In this document: in pieces, positions 26,051 through 37,890 of the stretch
Layout: each line of letters opens with the position of its first letter
Position numbering within the stretch: the first letter of the stretch is position 1
NCBI RefSeq assembly: GCF_006345805.1
Contig: NC_043007.1
Coordinates: forward strand, 54,808,001 to 54,872,000
Direction: 5' to 3'
Length of the DNA stretch: 64,000 nucleotides
Source: Octopus sinensis
Lineage: Eukaryota
Made by a program: the position numbers and the translations under genes
Notes under the pieces: generated by a model
The model's database searches: none
Seen by the model: the letters and a program-made list of their open reading frames with translations, nothing else
What the model was told of the DNA's origin: nothing

Positions 26051-27439
26051 TCTGAGGTCCCACTTGCTATGAAACATATGCAGCCTGGATCTTATCTACT
26101 CCATTCCTTCACTTTTGTATTCTTATTTGCATACCTAGCAACCCTGCTCACCTATCCTTTCTTCCTTTCTAGTCAGCACCATGACTACCTTACTCTTTTC
26201 CTCTCAACTGACAGACAACCTTTTTCTATATATCAACTATTAACCAGCGAGTCATCCTTGTCCCTATCGCTAGAATTGCTACTGTCTCTGTAACAACTTG
26301 TCGGGTAAATGAATAAATATATATAAATAACATTTCTTCCTTGATGTTAATTCTTCCATGTTCACTGGTTACTCCGATGTGAGAACCTTGAAGCATTAAA
26401 TCTATACGCTACATTCAGTAGTGGGCTACATCGTATCAAATTGATATGGTACACCACAACCAGCTTGGTACATATATATAATTAATAAAAAAAAATGGAA
26501 AAAAACAGGAAGAAAAGAACAATGCATGAATGTGATACATACAAAGTATTAATAGGACACTTGGGAAAGGAAAGAAATTTTTTTTACATTTTGAGCAAAG
26601 CTCTTCTTCAGAAACAGGAGACAGAGGAAAGTCAAAAAGAAAAGGAAGACGCCAACAATCCACATGTAGATACATTTTGGAATGACCAGAAGAAAATGGA
26701 CAAAGAAAAAGTGCTTTCTAAGACAGGCGAGTGTAAAGAAAGGTTGGTATCTGTGTGTATGTGTGCATGAGTGTGTGTGTGTGTGTGTGTGGCAGTAACT
26801 GAGTGTGTGTGTGCATGTGGTGGAAGTGGTACGTGCGTTTGTAAGAGAGCATGTGATGGTAACTCTATGTGTGGTATTAACTGTTTATATATGTATATCT
26901 GATTGACCTTTGTTAATGTCGTAGGAAGAGGTCAACAGCTATGATAACAGGTGTGGTGGTTTTTGTGTAGTTGTGTGTTTTTGCACATGTGCATAGATAG
27001 GGTGGTCAATAGTAGGGTGTTTGAAGGGTGAGTGTGTGTAGGTATGTGTACGTAGATGGAGTGAGAATGTGCGTATGTGTGTGGACGTTTATGAGTACGT
27101 GTGTGTCCCACTCCCTGTGTCACTCTGTCTCTCTCTCTCTCTCACACTGTCTGTGTGTGTGCGTGTGGGGAAGTGTGTGTATGCACGTCTGAGTGAGTGT
27201 GGAAGTGTGTGTGTGTGTGCATGTGGTGTGTGTGTAGGGGTATATGTGTGCATGTGCATGTGTGTATGCATGTGTGTGTGTGCATGTATGTGTGTGTGGG
27301 AGATATATGTGCGTTCATGTGTATGTACATGTTTGCATGTATGTGTGTATATAAAATAAATAAAAAATAGATGAAAATAATAGAAAAATATACAAAATAA
27401 AAGATAAGATAAAAAAAATAAATATTAAAAAGATAAAAA

Positions 27440-28140
27440 TTAGAGATTAATACAATGATAAAATAAGAGGAAAGGAGATAATAGATAAGATAAAAGGATC
27501 GAAATAAGCAAGTGCAATGGAAAAAAACGATAAAAAATCAGTAATAAATGAATAAAAGTTATGATAGGATAAAAAGTTATTTTTTAGGGAGAGTGCAGAG
27601 ACAGTCATTGGAAGGAGGGGTTTGTGTTTGTAAAGTGAAAATGAAACTCTGTTCAAGGCAGAGTCAAGAGATGGTAAATCCATGGTGTAGGGCAAGGCTG
27701 AAGACAGTGATATTTGAGGGTGGAAAAGGAGAGGAAAGAGGATGCGGTGTAGGGAAGGAGAGGGCGATGGTGAAATTGATTACACGAGCATGGCCAAAGG
27801 CAGTTTAGACAAGGGTGGATGGGGGTCCGTTACGCATGAACAGGCGAGCCAGGTACCAAGACTGGGTTTCGAAATCCTGGTCCCAGCTGCACAAGTGTTG
27901 GAGGTAGAGGAACTGGGAGTAGGGGATGGCCCATTTGGTGTGGGAGCAATGGGAGGAGGAAAAGTTGAGATAGAGGTGGGAGTCCACGGGTTTGAAGAAA
28001 GCAGAGGTGGCAAGGGAGTGGGTGGGGAGGTCAATGGTGAGAGATATATCTAAGAAGTTTACAGAGGTGTCAGACATAGTAGAGGTAAGCTGAAGAGAAG
28101 GGTGAAAGTTAGAAAGGAAAGAGATGAAATTGGAGAGTTG
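27440..28140 (-). mobile_element. Penelope-like element RT thumb fragment
   Basis: ORF 27805-28077 has VNFLDISL..FFKPVDSHLYLNFSSSH..HTKWAIPYSQFL.L..LCS.D.DF. Confidence 0.8.
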
Positions 28141-28149
28141 TTCATATTC

Positions 28150-28490
28150 AGGGCCACAATACTTTAGACATGGCCATTAGAGCAAAGAAACAGGCTTGGA
28201 ATGCCTGGAAGAGTAGGGGTAGCAGGGGAATGTATCAAATGGCCAAAAGGAAAGCTAAGAGACAGGTATATATAGCCAAAGGAGTAGCAGAAAAGAAGTT
28301 TGTCAATGTTCAGCGACGCAAGGACCAAAGACTTGAGGTGTTTCGTGTTGCAAGACAGTGTGTGAGAAAGAATCGTGATGTCATAGGAGAGAAATGTGTC
28401 CATATGGATGATGGTGCCCTTGCATTTAATGACTCTGCAAAGACAGAGGCTTGGAGAAGCCATTACAAATGACTGCTAAATGTGGAGAAT
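28150..28490 (+). mobile_element. RTE LINE internal fragment (between EN and RT)
   Basis: AIRAKKQAWNAWK...YQMAKRKAKRQVY; homologous to the minus-strand piece at 28852-29145. Confidence 0.65.
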
Positions 28491-28849
28491 ATGTTAGTTT
28501 GTTATTTAATACCATAACAATCTTACAGCAACTGTGTGAGGACTGAGTTAATATACAATAGCATTGTCTTATAACAATGAATGAAACAAGTATCTCATTC
28601 CACCCACTAAATTTTTAGCCTGTGCGAAATAGCAGTTAAAACCAACTTTTCATAGCTGAAAAATGTTTCATCTGTACAAAAGATCAAAGCTGTCTGCTTG
28701 ACTCTAAGAGGTCATCTTCTGGCAAGAAGTGAGGTGAGTGAATCAGTTGCCAAACAGTGTTTATAGGTGAAAAGGTGTTACCTTAAAAAAAGCATTCAAA
28801 TTGTGACCATCCTATCTTTTTCTCAAGTGGCATCATGTATTGAGGACTA

Positions 28850-29650
28850 CATTATCTTCTATGTTTTCTCCTTCTTTCCAAGATGCACAGTGTAATTTGA
28901 TGGCCAAATTTAGTTGCTATTTCTAGAAGCCAAACAATCACATAGAGAGAGGCATGTGAACCATCATCCATGCGGCCACATTTCTCTATGGCATCACGAT
29001 TCTCTCTCACGCACTGTCTTGCAACATGAAATACCTCAAGTCTTTGGTCCTCATGACGCAGAACATTGGCAAATATTTTCTTATCTGCTTCCCCTCTGGC
29101 TAAATAAACCTGTCTCCTAGCTTCCCTTCTGGCAGTCTGATACAATTCCCTGCTACCACTGTTCTTCCATGCCTGTTTCTTTTCCCTAATGGCCCTGTCA
29201 ACTACAGTGTTCCACCATCACATTACCTTGGGTCGAGAGGGGACTTTGCACTATCCACAGATCTGGTCACTAGCCCTCAACAGGTGTCCTGTAGAAACCC
29301 CCAGTTGTCTTCCATAGCTTTAAGTAGTACATCTCTAAATCTCAGTCCATTTTCAGGATCCTTAAGCTTTCAGACCCTTCTCCACTATGCTGGTCGTCTT
29401 CTGGGCATCCATTTAGCCCTGATCCTGAAGTTGTTAACTACTAATCTATGTTGTGGGGTGCATCACCTGGGAAGGTTTTGGCATTTACAAGTAGCCATCT
29501 TTCCCGTTTCTTGGTGAGGATGTAGTCAATTTGACTAGTGCGTCTACCAGATTGGTAGGTAAATAGGTGATTGGCATGTTTCCTGAAGTTAGCATTGCAA
29601 ACCAGAACATCGAGTGATTTACTGATGAAGTCTTATAATTCTAGTGCTCG
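28850..29650 (-). mobile_element. RTE LINE fragment (endonuclease C-terminal part and linker)
   Basis: The minus strand encodes FTYQSGRRTSQIDYILT (APE motif) and YQTARREARRQVY. Confidence 0.7.
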
Positions 29651-30289
29651 CCCGAAGTTATAACTCTACTATTGAAGAACAAACCCACTGTCTTTATTTG
29701 TTTATTGTGATGGCAGCTAGCCATATAAATTACTATTTTTCTGTACTTTTAATCAAAATTTCTTGGTAAACTACATCAAATATGCTAGCCTACTTTACTA
29801 ACCAAGTGAAATTTTGGCAATTTGAGTTTTTTGAGTGGTACAGTAATGTTTCCAAGAAGATACAACAAATCTATTGATCACATTTTGTTTTAAGAAGATA
29901 AATTTTCAATTCCAAAATTTAAGATAACCAGGGTTGTAAAAATAAAAATCATATAACTAATGATTTTTACCTACTTCCTGCATTTAATATGTTAACAACT
30001 AGTGCTTTTTAAGTGTAATTTATTATCTAAACAATATATGCGTTTCATGTATAAAGTTAAGTGTCTGCTTCATTTCTTTACTGTTTAACAGGTTAGAAAG
30101 AAAACAAACAAAATAACGAGTAAAGACTAAAAATAGTAGCTGAAAAACAGGAAAAAACCTAAAAGCAGTAGAAATGCACGAACGTTTATGGTGGTGTCAT
30201 GAAGTAAACGTGCTTCAGATACACTCGCTTATTCATACGAACGTAACTGAGAAGAAATATGTCATAAATAACAGTGACAAACGAAATAT

Positions 30290-30812
30290 ACACCGCCGGA
30301 AGTTGTTGTTGACAAACAACAGCAGTAATTTAAGTCAGCTGAATACACGTCATTGATTGGTTGAAATGATCGAAATACGACAACTTTAACACGAAATAAC
30401 TTCGAAAATAGAAACTTTTCTCAACAACGCTAATAGTAAAAGATGTTCTATATGACACATTTTACCAGTATCTGAAGTTTCAAAATGTTTAGTTAAAGAA
30501 AAATCTAACAGTACTTATAGTAAGAGAGCTCTGATCATGTACAACTATTATGCAAAGTCATTCCAGCCATGGCTATCATATCCTTTTTGTCTCAAGACTC
30601 ACAGTCTTTTATGTTTGCTCTTTTTTTCCTAAAGACAACTGTATGTGGTATGAGAGAGATTTGAGTGCTGTTTTTTGCAGGTTAAACGTCTCCATGGAAG
30701 CTCTTTTAAGTCATGTTTTCACATGTAACCGGAAAATATAATACTGTAGCATTCGAAGGGACATCACTCTTGTTTCTAACATTGCGCCGCCTATCGGATC
30801 AAACAGGTAAGA
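30290..30812 (+). promoter_or_regulatory. Candidate UTP23 promoter / non-coding first exon
   Basis: ETS-type CCGGAAGT at 30296-30303, local CpG enrichment and a good donor CAG|GTAAGA at 30806/30807. The first coding exon starts at an acceptor, so an upstream exon is required. Confidence 0.35.
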
Positions 30813-31257
30813 CGTTGTTTTGAACGACTCTCATTTCATATTGTATTTAATTCATTAACACTTTGTTCTAAACATCTAATTAATAACCATTTCTGTACAC
30901 GTTTTAAATTTAAAATAGAAGAAGCTTACGTTAAATAGGTACGGGCATGGTTGTAGAGTTACCAAGTTCGCTACCACATGGTCCGAGGCACAATTCATCT
31001 GCACGTTGTCTTGAGCAAGTGTCTTCTACCAATGCCCCAGGCTAATCAATACTTCGTGAGTAAAATACAATAGACGGAAACTGTGCAGAAGTCCATTGTA
31101 TACGTACAGATGGTTAATTATTATCTCGTTTGTGTATATCTTTCATCGACATAAATAAACATCGACGAAGGTTGTAAACATAAGTGAAGAAACCGATGTT
31201 TACATTATCTTTCGTTGAAAACTTTGCCATTAATTTTTAAAAAACAATCAAAACTTC

Positions 31258-32613
31258 GGTACTTGTCTATTGTCGTGGTCCCGGTTTCGCACACGCGAAT
31301 TCGCGCGCGCGCGCGTCAGACGTAGGTACTCGATCCTACGAGGTGACTTGCGCAGTGCAGAATTCGCGCATGCGCGTTACCCCCCCCAAAAAAAAGGTGT
31401 TGGATTTCACTAAAAATATATATGTGTGTGTGTGTATATATAACATTTTCAATTTTACACAAAAAAATTACATAGTCGCTTTCCTCGCGGATTTACAGAT
31501 AAATGAATTAATTACTATTTTACAGAATAAAATTAATGAATTAATTATATAAATTAAATAATTCTTGAAAATTAATTAATATTAATAATATTTTTTGAAC
31601 AAAGTAAATAATTTATAAAACTTGGTTAATAATTTTTTTTACACAAACGCGAACGTATATAATTTGTGAAACTTTTTTTTTTTTTACAGACGTATATAAT
31701 TTGGTAAACTTAATGAATTAATTTCTTCTCATCATCATCATCGTTTAACGTCCGTTCTCCATGCCAGCATGGGTTGGACGGTTCGACCGGGGATCTGGGA
31801 AGCCAGAAGGCTGCACCAGACTCCAGTCTTATCTGGCAATGTTTCTACAGCTGGATGCCCTTCCTAACGCCAACCACTCCGAGAGTGTAGTGGGTGCTTT
31901 TTACATGCTACCCGCACAGGTGCCAGGAGAGGCTGGCAACGGCCACGGTCGGATTGGTGCCAGTCGAGGCGGCTCTGGCATCGGCCACGATTCGGATAGT
32001 GCTTTTTACGTACCACCAGTCCAGGGGTCCTGGCATTTGCCGGGTGCCACACTTGCCCCAACATGTCTTCGCAAGCAAAGGGGGTTGGCGTGGGTGCCTG
32101 TCGTGGGATGAGGTTCGATATCAACTTCGCTTGCCTCAACAGGTCTTTGTGTATAAATGTATAAATTTTTCGCACTAAATTCTTTCCGTAGAATTTATCA
32201 AAAAACGCGCAAAATTATTCCGTAGAATTTATCAAATTAAAAAACGCAAAATTAATATATTTTTTGAAATTGCAAATTATTTAGAATATAAAACAAATGA
32301 AGTTAAATTTTAAAAATAAATGTCATATACTTATACTCTGTAAGGTGCTGTGTTCACACTTCAATTTACTATTTTCTAGAAATGTTGCTTTTCTAATTGA
32401 AACAATTTTTCTCAATCTCCATTTAAAAGTCCATAATGCCTCTTGAGCCATATCAAAATGAACAACTTTGAATTACGCGGCGGCGGTGGTGGTGGTGGTG
32501 GTGGTGGTGTGAGGTTCTAATTTTTTTTTCTGATCTCTCTTTGCCCCCTCTTTATCTCAGTTGTTCATTCCGCTAATATTTAGAAACCGGGACCACGACA
32601 ATAGACAAGTACC
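31258..32613. mobile_element. Non-autonomous DNA transposon, 31-bp TIRs and 9-bp TSD (Mutator/MULE-like)
   Basis: TIR GGTACTTGTCTATTGTCGTGGTCCCGGTTTC at 31258-31288, inverted at 32583-32613. TSD CAAAACTTC at 31249-31257 and 32614-32622. Confidence 0.88.
31735..32155 (-). mobile_element. RTE 3' UTR fragment nested in the MULE-like element
   Basis: Same (CAT)n/TTTAACGTCC tail family as 21835. Confidence 0.78.
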
Positions 32614-32675
32614 CAAAACTTCTTAGCAATTCAGTTATATTTATTATTAGTAAGTTTGGTTAGATATTAGAAGTC

Positions 32676-32924
32676 GGTACTATTTAAAAAGAGTGGTCCC
32701 GGTGCGCGCATCCGCGCTAGCTAGTTGTGACTAGTCGATCCTACAACGACTACCTAGCAAAGTTAATAAAACACAAAATAAATAATTTTTGAACAGAGTA
32801 AATGAAACACAAAGTAAGGAACGACTAGCTAGCGCGAGTGCGCGCACCGGAACCACTCTTAAATAATAATAATGAAATTATTGTATACAGTGCTCGGGTG
32901 CACCACAACTTCTTAAATAGTACC
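32676..32924. mobile_element. Short MITE related to the 31258 element
   Basis: GGTACT termini and a shared GTGGTCCCGGT motif; TSD TTAGAAGTC/GTAGAAGTC (8 of 9). The right TIR is split by a small insertion. Confidence 0.75.
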
Positions 32925-33135
32925 GTAGAAGTCTAGGCGAAATGAAATAGAAAACTGATGTGTTGCTCCAGCGAGTTCAGATGTTATTGACATTAAGTTG
33001 ATAACAAAACATTTTGAACAACGAAGGAGCCTTTGCATAGTTGCTCTCGCTGCTAGAGGTAGCAACCAAACCTCACATCAAGCCCCACTGTCTTAAGGAG
33101 TAACATTGAATTGTGTGATGCTAGATGTTCTTTAT

Positions 33136-33889
33136 CAGTGGTTGTCCACCATTTTTTTATCTATGGACTCCTTTGATTATTATTTTATTCTGGTGGACCC
33201 CCATAGCCATTCGACGTTTAGAAACTAGTTTTATAGATACTTCTTTCGGTCAATATAAAGATCCTCACTCGGGAACAAAAACAAAAATTAACCAGTCTGG
33301 GGGTGTTAACAAGTATGAGGAAAATGAATATGAAAAAAAAAATGCGCGGTAACGACTTGGGGGATGAAGAGGGGACTTTCGGAAAATTCACAAGATCCGA
33401 TTTTTCCGTCATAACCTCCGGTAAAATAGATATATATATTGATCTTGTTTTACAGAATTTGATCCTTCATAACCAAAAACGCGGGATTCCGTAAAAAAAG
33501 ATCAATATATATATCCATTTTACCAGAAGTTATGACGGAAAAATCGGATCCTGTGAATTTTTCGAAAGTCCCCCCCCCCCCCGGTCGTCAGCGCACATTC
33601 TTTTTTCATATTCGTTTTCCGCATACTTGTTAACACCCCCCAGGCTGGTTAATTTTTGTTTTTGTTCCCGGATGAGGATCTTTATAATGACCCTTCTTTC
33701 AATGTTCCTATTTTGTTTTTCACACACTGTATCAGTTGAACTATGTAAAATGCTGGAGAAAGAAGCCTAGCTGTTTCTTGCAATATATACTAATGCATAA
33801 ATCTAAAGCAAAATTTTTTCAGAAACCCTTAAAATACTATTGTGGACAATTTGCCATTTTGTTGTATGGACCCCGGTTGAGAACCACTG
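33136..33889. mobile_element. hAT-like MITE
   Basis: Ends CAGTGGTTGTCCACC ... GGTTGAGAACCACTG; imperfect 8-bp flanks TTCTTTAT/CTCTATAT. Confidence 0.65.
33248..33692. mobile_element. Fold-back element nested in the hAT-like MITE
   Basis: Inverted arms of ~200 bp around a ~30-bp loop; perfect 8-bp TSD CTTCTTTC at 33240-33247 and 33693-33700. Confidence 0.85.
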
Positions 33890-33992
33890 CTCTATATAAA
33901 CGGTGTAGCATGGCTGGAATGATTTTGATCATGGCTTTGCTTCATTAGATACATTTAAACAGCTGATATTATACCTCTGTAAGGAATAACCA

Positions 33993-34118
33993 CAAGTGTA
34001 ATGTCATGGGCATTCAAACAATCAAGTGTAATGTCATGGGTATTCAAACAATCAAGTGTAATGTCATGGGTATTCAAACAATCAAGTGTAATGTCATGGG
34101 TATTCAAACAATCAAGTG
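33993..34118. repeat. 30-bp minisatellite, ~4.2 copies
   Basis: CAAGTGTAATGTCATGGG(C/T)ATTCAAACAAT in tandem. Confidence 0.95.
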
Positions 34119-34736
34119 ATGGTTTTGTGGGGTTTTTTTTTTTTTTATCAGGACGAAAAATGATTTCTTTTGCTGATCATTTTCCCTGCCATTTGCAAGT
34201 TATTGACCTCAAAGCTATAACAACATAAAAATAAATGATATCTAAGCAATACAGAGCAGTAGGTAGTTGAATAGTTAGAGTATTTGCTTTTCGTTGAAAA
34301 GACACAAACACTCGGTACCAGTCTGCTTAGTTGTAAGTTAGCTGCCACATCATCAATGTAATTCATCAATAACTGACTACTATTTCCTTTGAGCAAAATC
34401 TCTGATTGACATCCTGTTCAAAAGAAGGGAGATGTCTTAACCACTTAATGGGTTAAATGTTAAAACTTGTATTTCACCATGGAATAGTTGTGGAACAAAT
34501 AAAAGTGGATTAATTACAGAAAGAGAGATTTAGAAATTTATGAGAATCAATTGTTTTTCTGGGTATTAAAGCAAATTCTGCTGAGCGACTTTGTACCAAT
34601 TATTTTAATCCAATGGAGTTAAATAGCCATTTACATTTGGTTTTAAGACAACTCTTAAAAGTAAGTTTAAAATGTAGAAATCATGTAATTAAACAGGTTT
34701 TTCTTTTTGTTTCGTTCCAGGAATAACTTTGTGAAT

Positions 34737-34953
34737 ATGAAGATTTTACGAGAAAAAAAAGTTAAAAAAATTTTAGCATTTTATAAGAATTATTTTCACT
34801 TCCGAACACCATACCAAGTTTTAATTGATGGGACATTTTGTTTAGCTGCACTTAACTATCATCTTGATATAAATGATGTCCTCTCTAAATATTTGCAAAG
34901 TGAAATCCGGCTTTTTACCACCTCGTGTGCAATTGCAGAGGCACATAGTTTAG
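34737..34953 (+). CDS. UTP23: UTP23 rRNA-processing protein (PIN-like), coding exon 1
   Basis: MKILREKKVKKILAFYKNYFHFRTPYQVLIDGTFCLAAL resembles the UTP23 N-terminus as I recall it (MKITRQKHAKKHLGFFRNNFGVREPYQILLDGTFCQAAL). Acceptor TTCCAG at 34720; donor G|GTATGG (phase 1). Confidence 0.93.
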
Positions 34954-35474
34954 GTATGGTATTTCTGATTTGTGCTATTTCGGTTTTTAGAGTTAATGGT
35001 GTTTTGTGCTATTCATCAATAAATTAATTGATGAGGTTTTTAACAGTTTGCAGTCATGGCCTCAGATCTTGCTCTAAGAATAACTAAGTAAAAGTGGAAT
35101 ATAATTTCAGTTTATGTTCAGAATTAAGTTATTCATTAACTTCTTGTGATTAATCAGCTAAAAGCTAGGCTTGTAAATGTTTGCGTATTGATATTGCAAT
35201 AGTTCTTTGGGGGTAACAGAGAGATAAATTGTTAACTGAACTTTAATAGAAACCAGATTTTCTGTACATCTGCTTCTACAGATCTTATGTGTGTCTCCTA
35301 CTTCTGAGAGATGTCCTGTAAAGTTCATGAAGTATTTTGTTGCTTTTCACAATTTATATTAAACCTTACATGGAACAATCTCTTCCTGGTTTCCACAAGT
35401 GAAATGACTTAATGAATATCTTATTGGACTGCTAACATATAAGTCTTGAGCTCAGATCTAGTTTTTTTTTTTCT

Positions 35475-35863
35475 TACTCTTTCATTTGTTTCAGTCATTT
35501 GACTGTGGCCATACTGGAGCACTGCCTTAAAAGGTGTTAAATAAAGAAATCGATCCCAGGACTTATTCTTTATAAGCCTTGTACTTATTCTATTGGTCTC
35601 TTTTCCTGAACCACTAATTTACAGGGACATAAACACACCAGCATTGGTTGTCAAGTGATGGTGGTGCGAAAAACACAGACACACAGATATATATATATAT
35701 ACATACACACACACATACACACGATAGGCTTCTTCAGTTTCCGTCTACCAAATCCACTCACAAGGCTGTGATTGGCCTGAGGCTATAGTAGAAGACACTC
35801 ACCCAAAGTGCTACACAGTGGGACTGAACCCAGAACCATGTGATTGAGAAGCAAGCTTCTTAC
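35475..35863 (-). mobile_element. SINE family 1 copy in a UTP23 intron
   Basis: Reverse complement of the 8492-8888 sequence. Confidence 0.8.
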
Positions 35864-36784
35864 ATTCTATATCAATTTATATCATCTGAGAGCGTTGCTT
35901 GAGCAAAGGAAGGCATACTGTGAAAATGGAGATACCTGTTCATAACTTGAAGGGCTGAGCCATTGATAGTTTGATTGGTTGGTCAGGAAAACAGTACTGC
36001 ACCAGTTTCACTTGACTACAATACTAAAATAGCTTAGTGGATATGATATAGGAATTCCAATTCAATAATTTTGAGTTCAGATTTGTTACAGGCATTTTGT
36101 AGTGTATTTGGACAATGTTCGCAGTTCTACTTTGCCTCAGTTAATCTAGCTGTTGGAAACAGGCACCACATCATCTTGGAGTAATACCTTCAGTAGACAG
36201 GTGTTTTATCCAGTGGAAGATATACCTACCTGCTTCACACATTAAAACTGGAGTAGGGAGACATTTACATTTTTTTAATGACTTGGGAAGCTGCACCTCA
36301 CGTGAAGTATGAGTAATTGACCTTTTTACATTTACTAAGCAAATAAATTAAGAAGCCTGTATGGCTGAACTTCATTGTAGTTTTTATATCATTAAAAAAC
36401 CTTAAATGGTAGAAATACAAATACCAATTCTTTGGATAGAGAATGTCCTTATAATACAACAGAATAAACTGTAAAATACAGTTCTAGTGAAATACCTGCA
36501 GCCAGCTGATATGAACTCATGAGAAGAAAATAGTTAGGATAAATCTGAGATTATTAGTAATTATTGATTGAAATTAAGATAGATTAAGAGGCATGGAAAG
36601 CTATCACATTGCAGACCTGACTGATCTATGCTAATATACAAAGATGTATGCAAAGATGTAATGCTAGTTTACAAAGATACATGGAAATATTTTCAGACCT
36701 GTCTCATCTTTACTACTGTACAGAAAACAAATGTGAAAATGTGGAGACGACAATGATTTCATTTTTCTTTTCTATAATTTCTAG

Positions 36785-36930
36785 AAAAATTGTTTCCAGG
36801 TCTTTTACCTCAACTACGCAGTTGTCAAGTATGTTCATGTGGGCACAAAAAGAAAGCAGTATCAGTAGTTGAGTGTTTCAAGAGTATGGTCAATAATAAT
36901 AATAATAACCATTATATTTTATGCACACAG
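36785..36930 (+). CDS. UTP23: UTP23 coding exon 2
   Basis: Acceptor TTTCTAG; (E)KLFPGLLPQLRSCQVCSCGHKKKAVSVVECFKSMVNNNNNNHYILCTQ aligns with CQVRNCPH..AVSGSECLLSMV...HYFVATQ. Donor CAG|GTTAGT, phase 0. Confidence 0.88.
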
Positions 36931-37289
36931 GTTAGTAGTTTTCTATTTTGCTGTGTATATATACGTATGTACTCATCTGTATTTGCGGCGTGTGCGTGCA
37001 CACACACACACCTGTTTATATGTATTTGTGCAAGAGTATTTTTAAAAATTCTTTTTACTGATTTCATTTAAGGGACTATGGCCCGCTGGGCACTGCCTTT
37101 AAAGATTTAGTCAACCTTATCAACCTCTATTTGTTGAATTGCGAGGTTATGAGATATAGTTCCAAGATACGTCTCACAGATACTCTGGGATGCATCATCA
37201 GTGATGTTTCTGGAGCTGCAGGGAGCTTTTAAGTCTTTCAACTCCCCTTCACTCAGTTGACCCAGCCTGAGTCAATCAAATCTCAGCTT

Positions 37290-37890
37290 GCATCCTAGTA
37301 GCAGTAAACCTCTCATCTACCTTCTTTATCTAAAGCCATCATGTGGCTTCCTCTGCAGTTTCATTAAGAAACTTATAGCCCTCCTCTTATAATTCCAAAC
37401 CCAGTCAGCTTTGTAGAATAAATGCCCTGCTAAATCCAGGTAGCTCATTTCAGTTGCCTTGTTACATGCCTGCCAGCTCTGGTTTCTGCACTGCTTTAAT
37501 CCTTTCATTACTGTATTTATTTTGAGATGCTCTGTGTTTCTTTCAGTTACTTTAAATATAATTATGAATTTAGTAAAATAACTTAGTTATCATTCAGCTA
37601 ATAATAGGAACATAAATTGTGACTAAGGATTGGTGGAAGATTTTAATTCAAAACTTATGAAAACAAGACATTTGTACTCAGAGCCAGTTTCAGTCGGGTT
37701 GGTAACAAAAGCGTTAACAGCTCCTGGTATTTGGCAAGCTTCCTTTTATGAGCCTCTTCCATATGTTTTTTCCAGAGGACAGTCAGGACATGATCACCTG
37801 TTTGGTATATGGAATTTGAGAAGATCACTGTGTTTGGGCAGAGTCTTGTTTCATTCAATGTCTGTGTATACTTCTCTTTTCCTTTGATGC
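37290..37890 (-). mobile_element. HERO/NeSL-like non-LTR retrotransposon 3' remnant (restriction-like endonuclease)
   Basis: TRLCPNTVIFSNS...LTVLWKKHMEEAHKRKLAKYQEL resembles T.LRPDIV...ELTVPWE..EEAHERK..KY; ETAEEAT.WL follows downstream. Confidence 0.6.

Noticed and set aside
33993-34118. 30-bp direct repeats as a CRISPR array
   Set aside because: The repeats are contiguous with no spacers, in a eukaryotic context; a minisatellite. The ORF 34001-34228 is a by-product.
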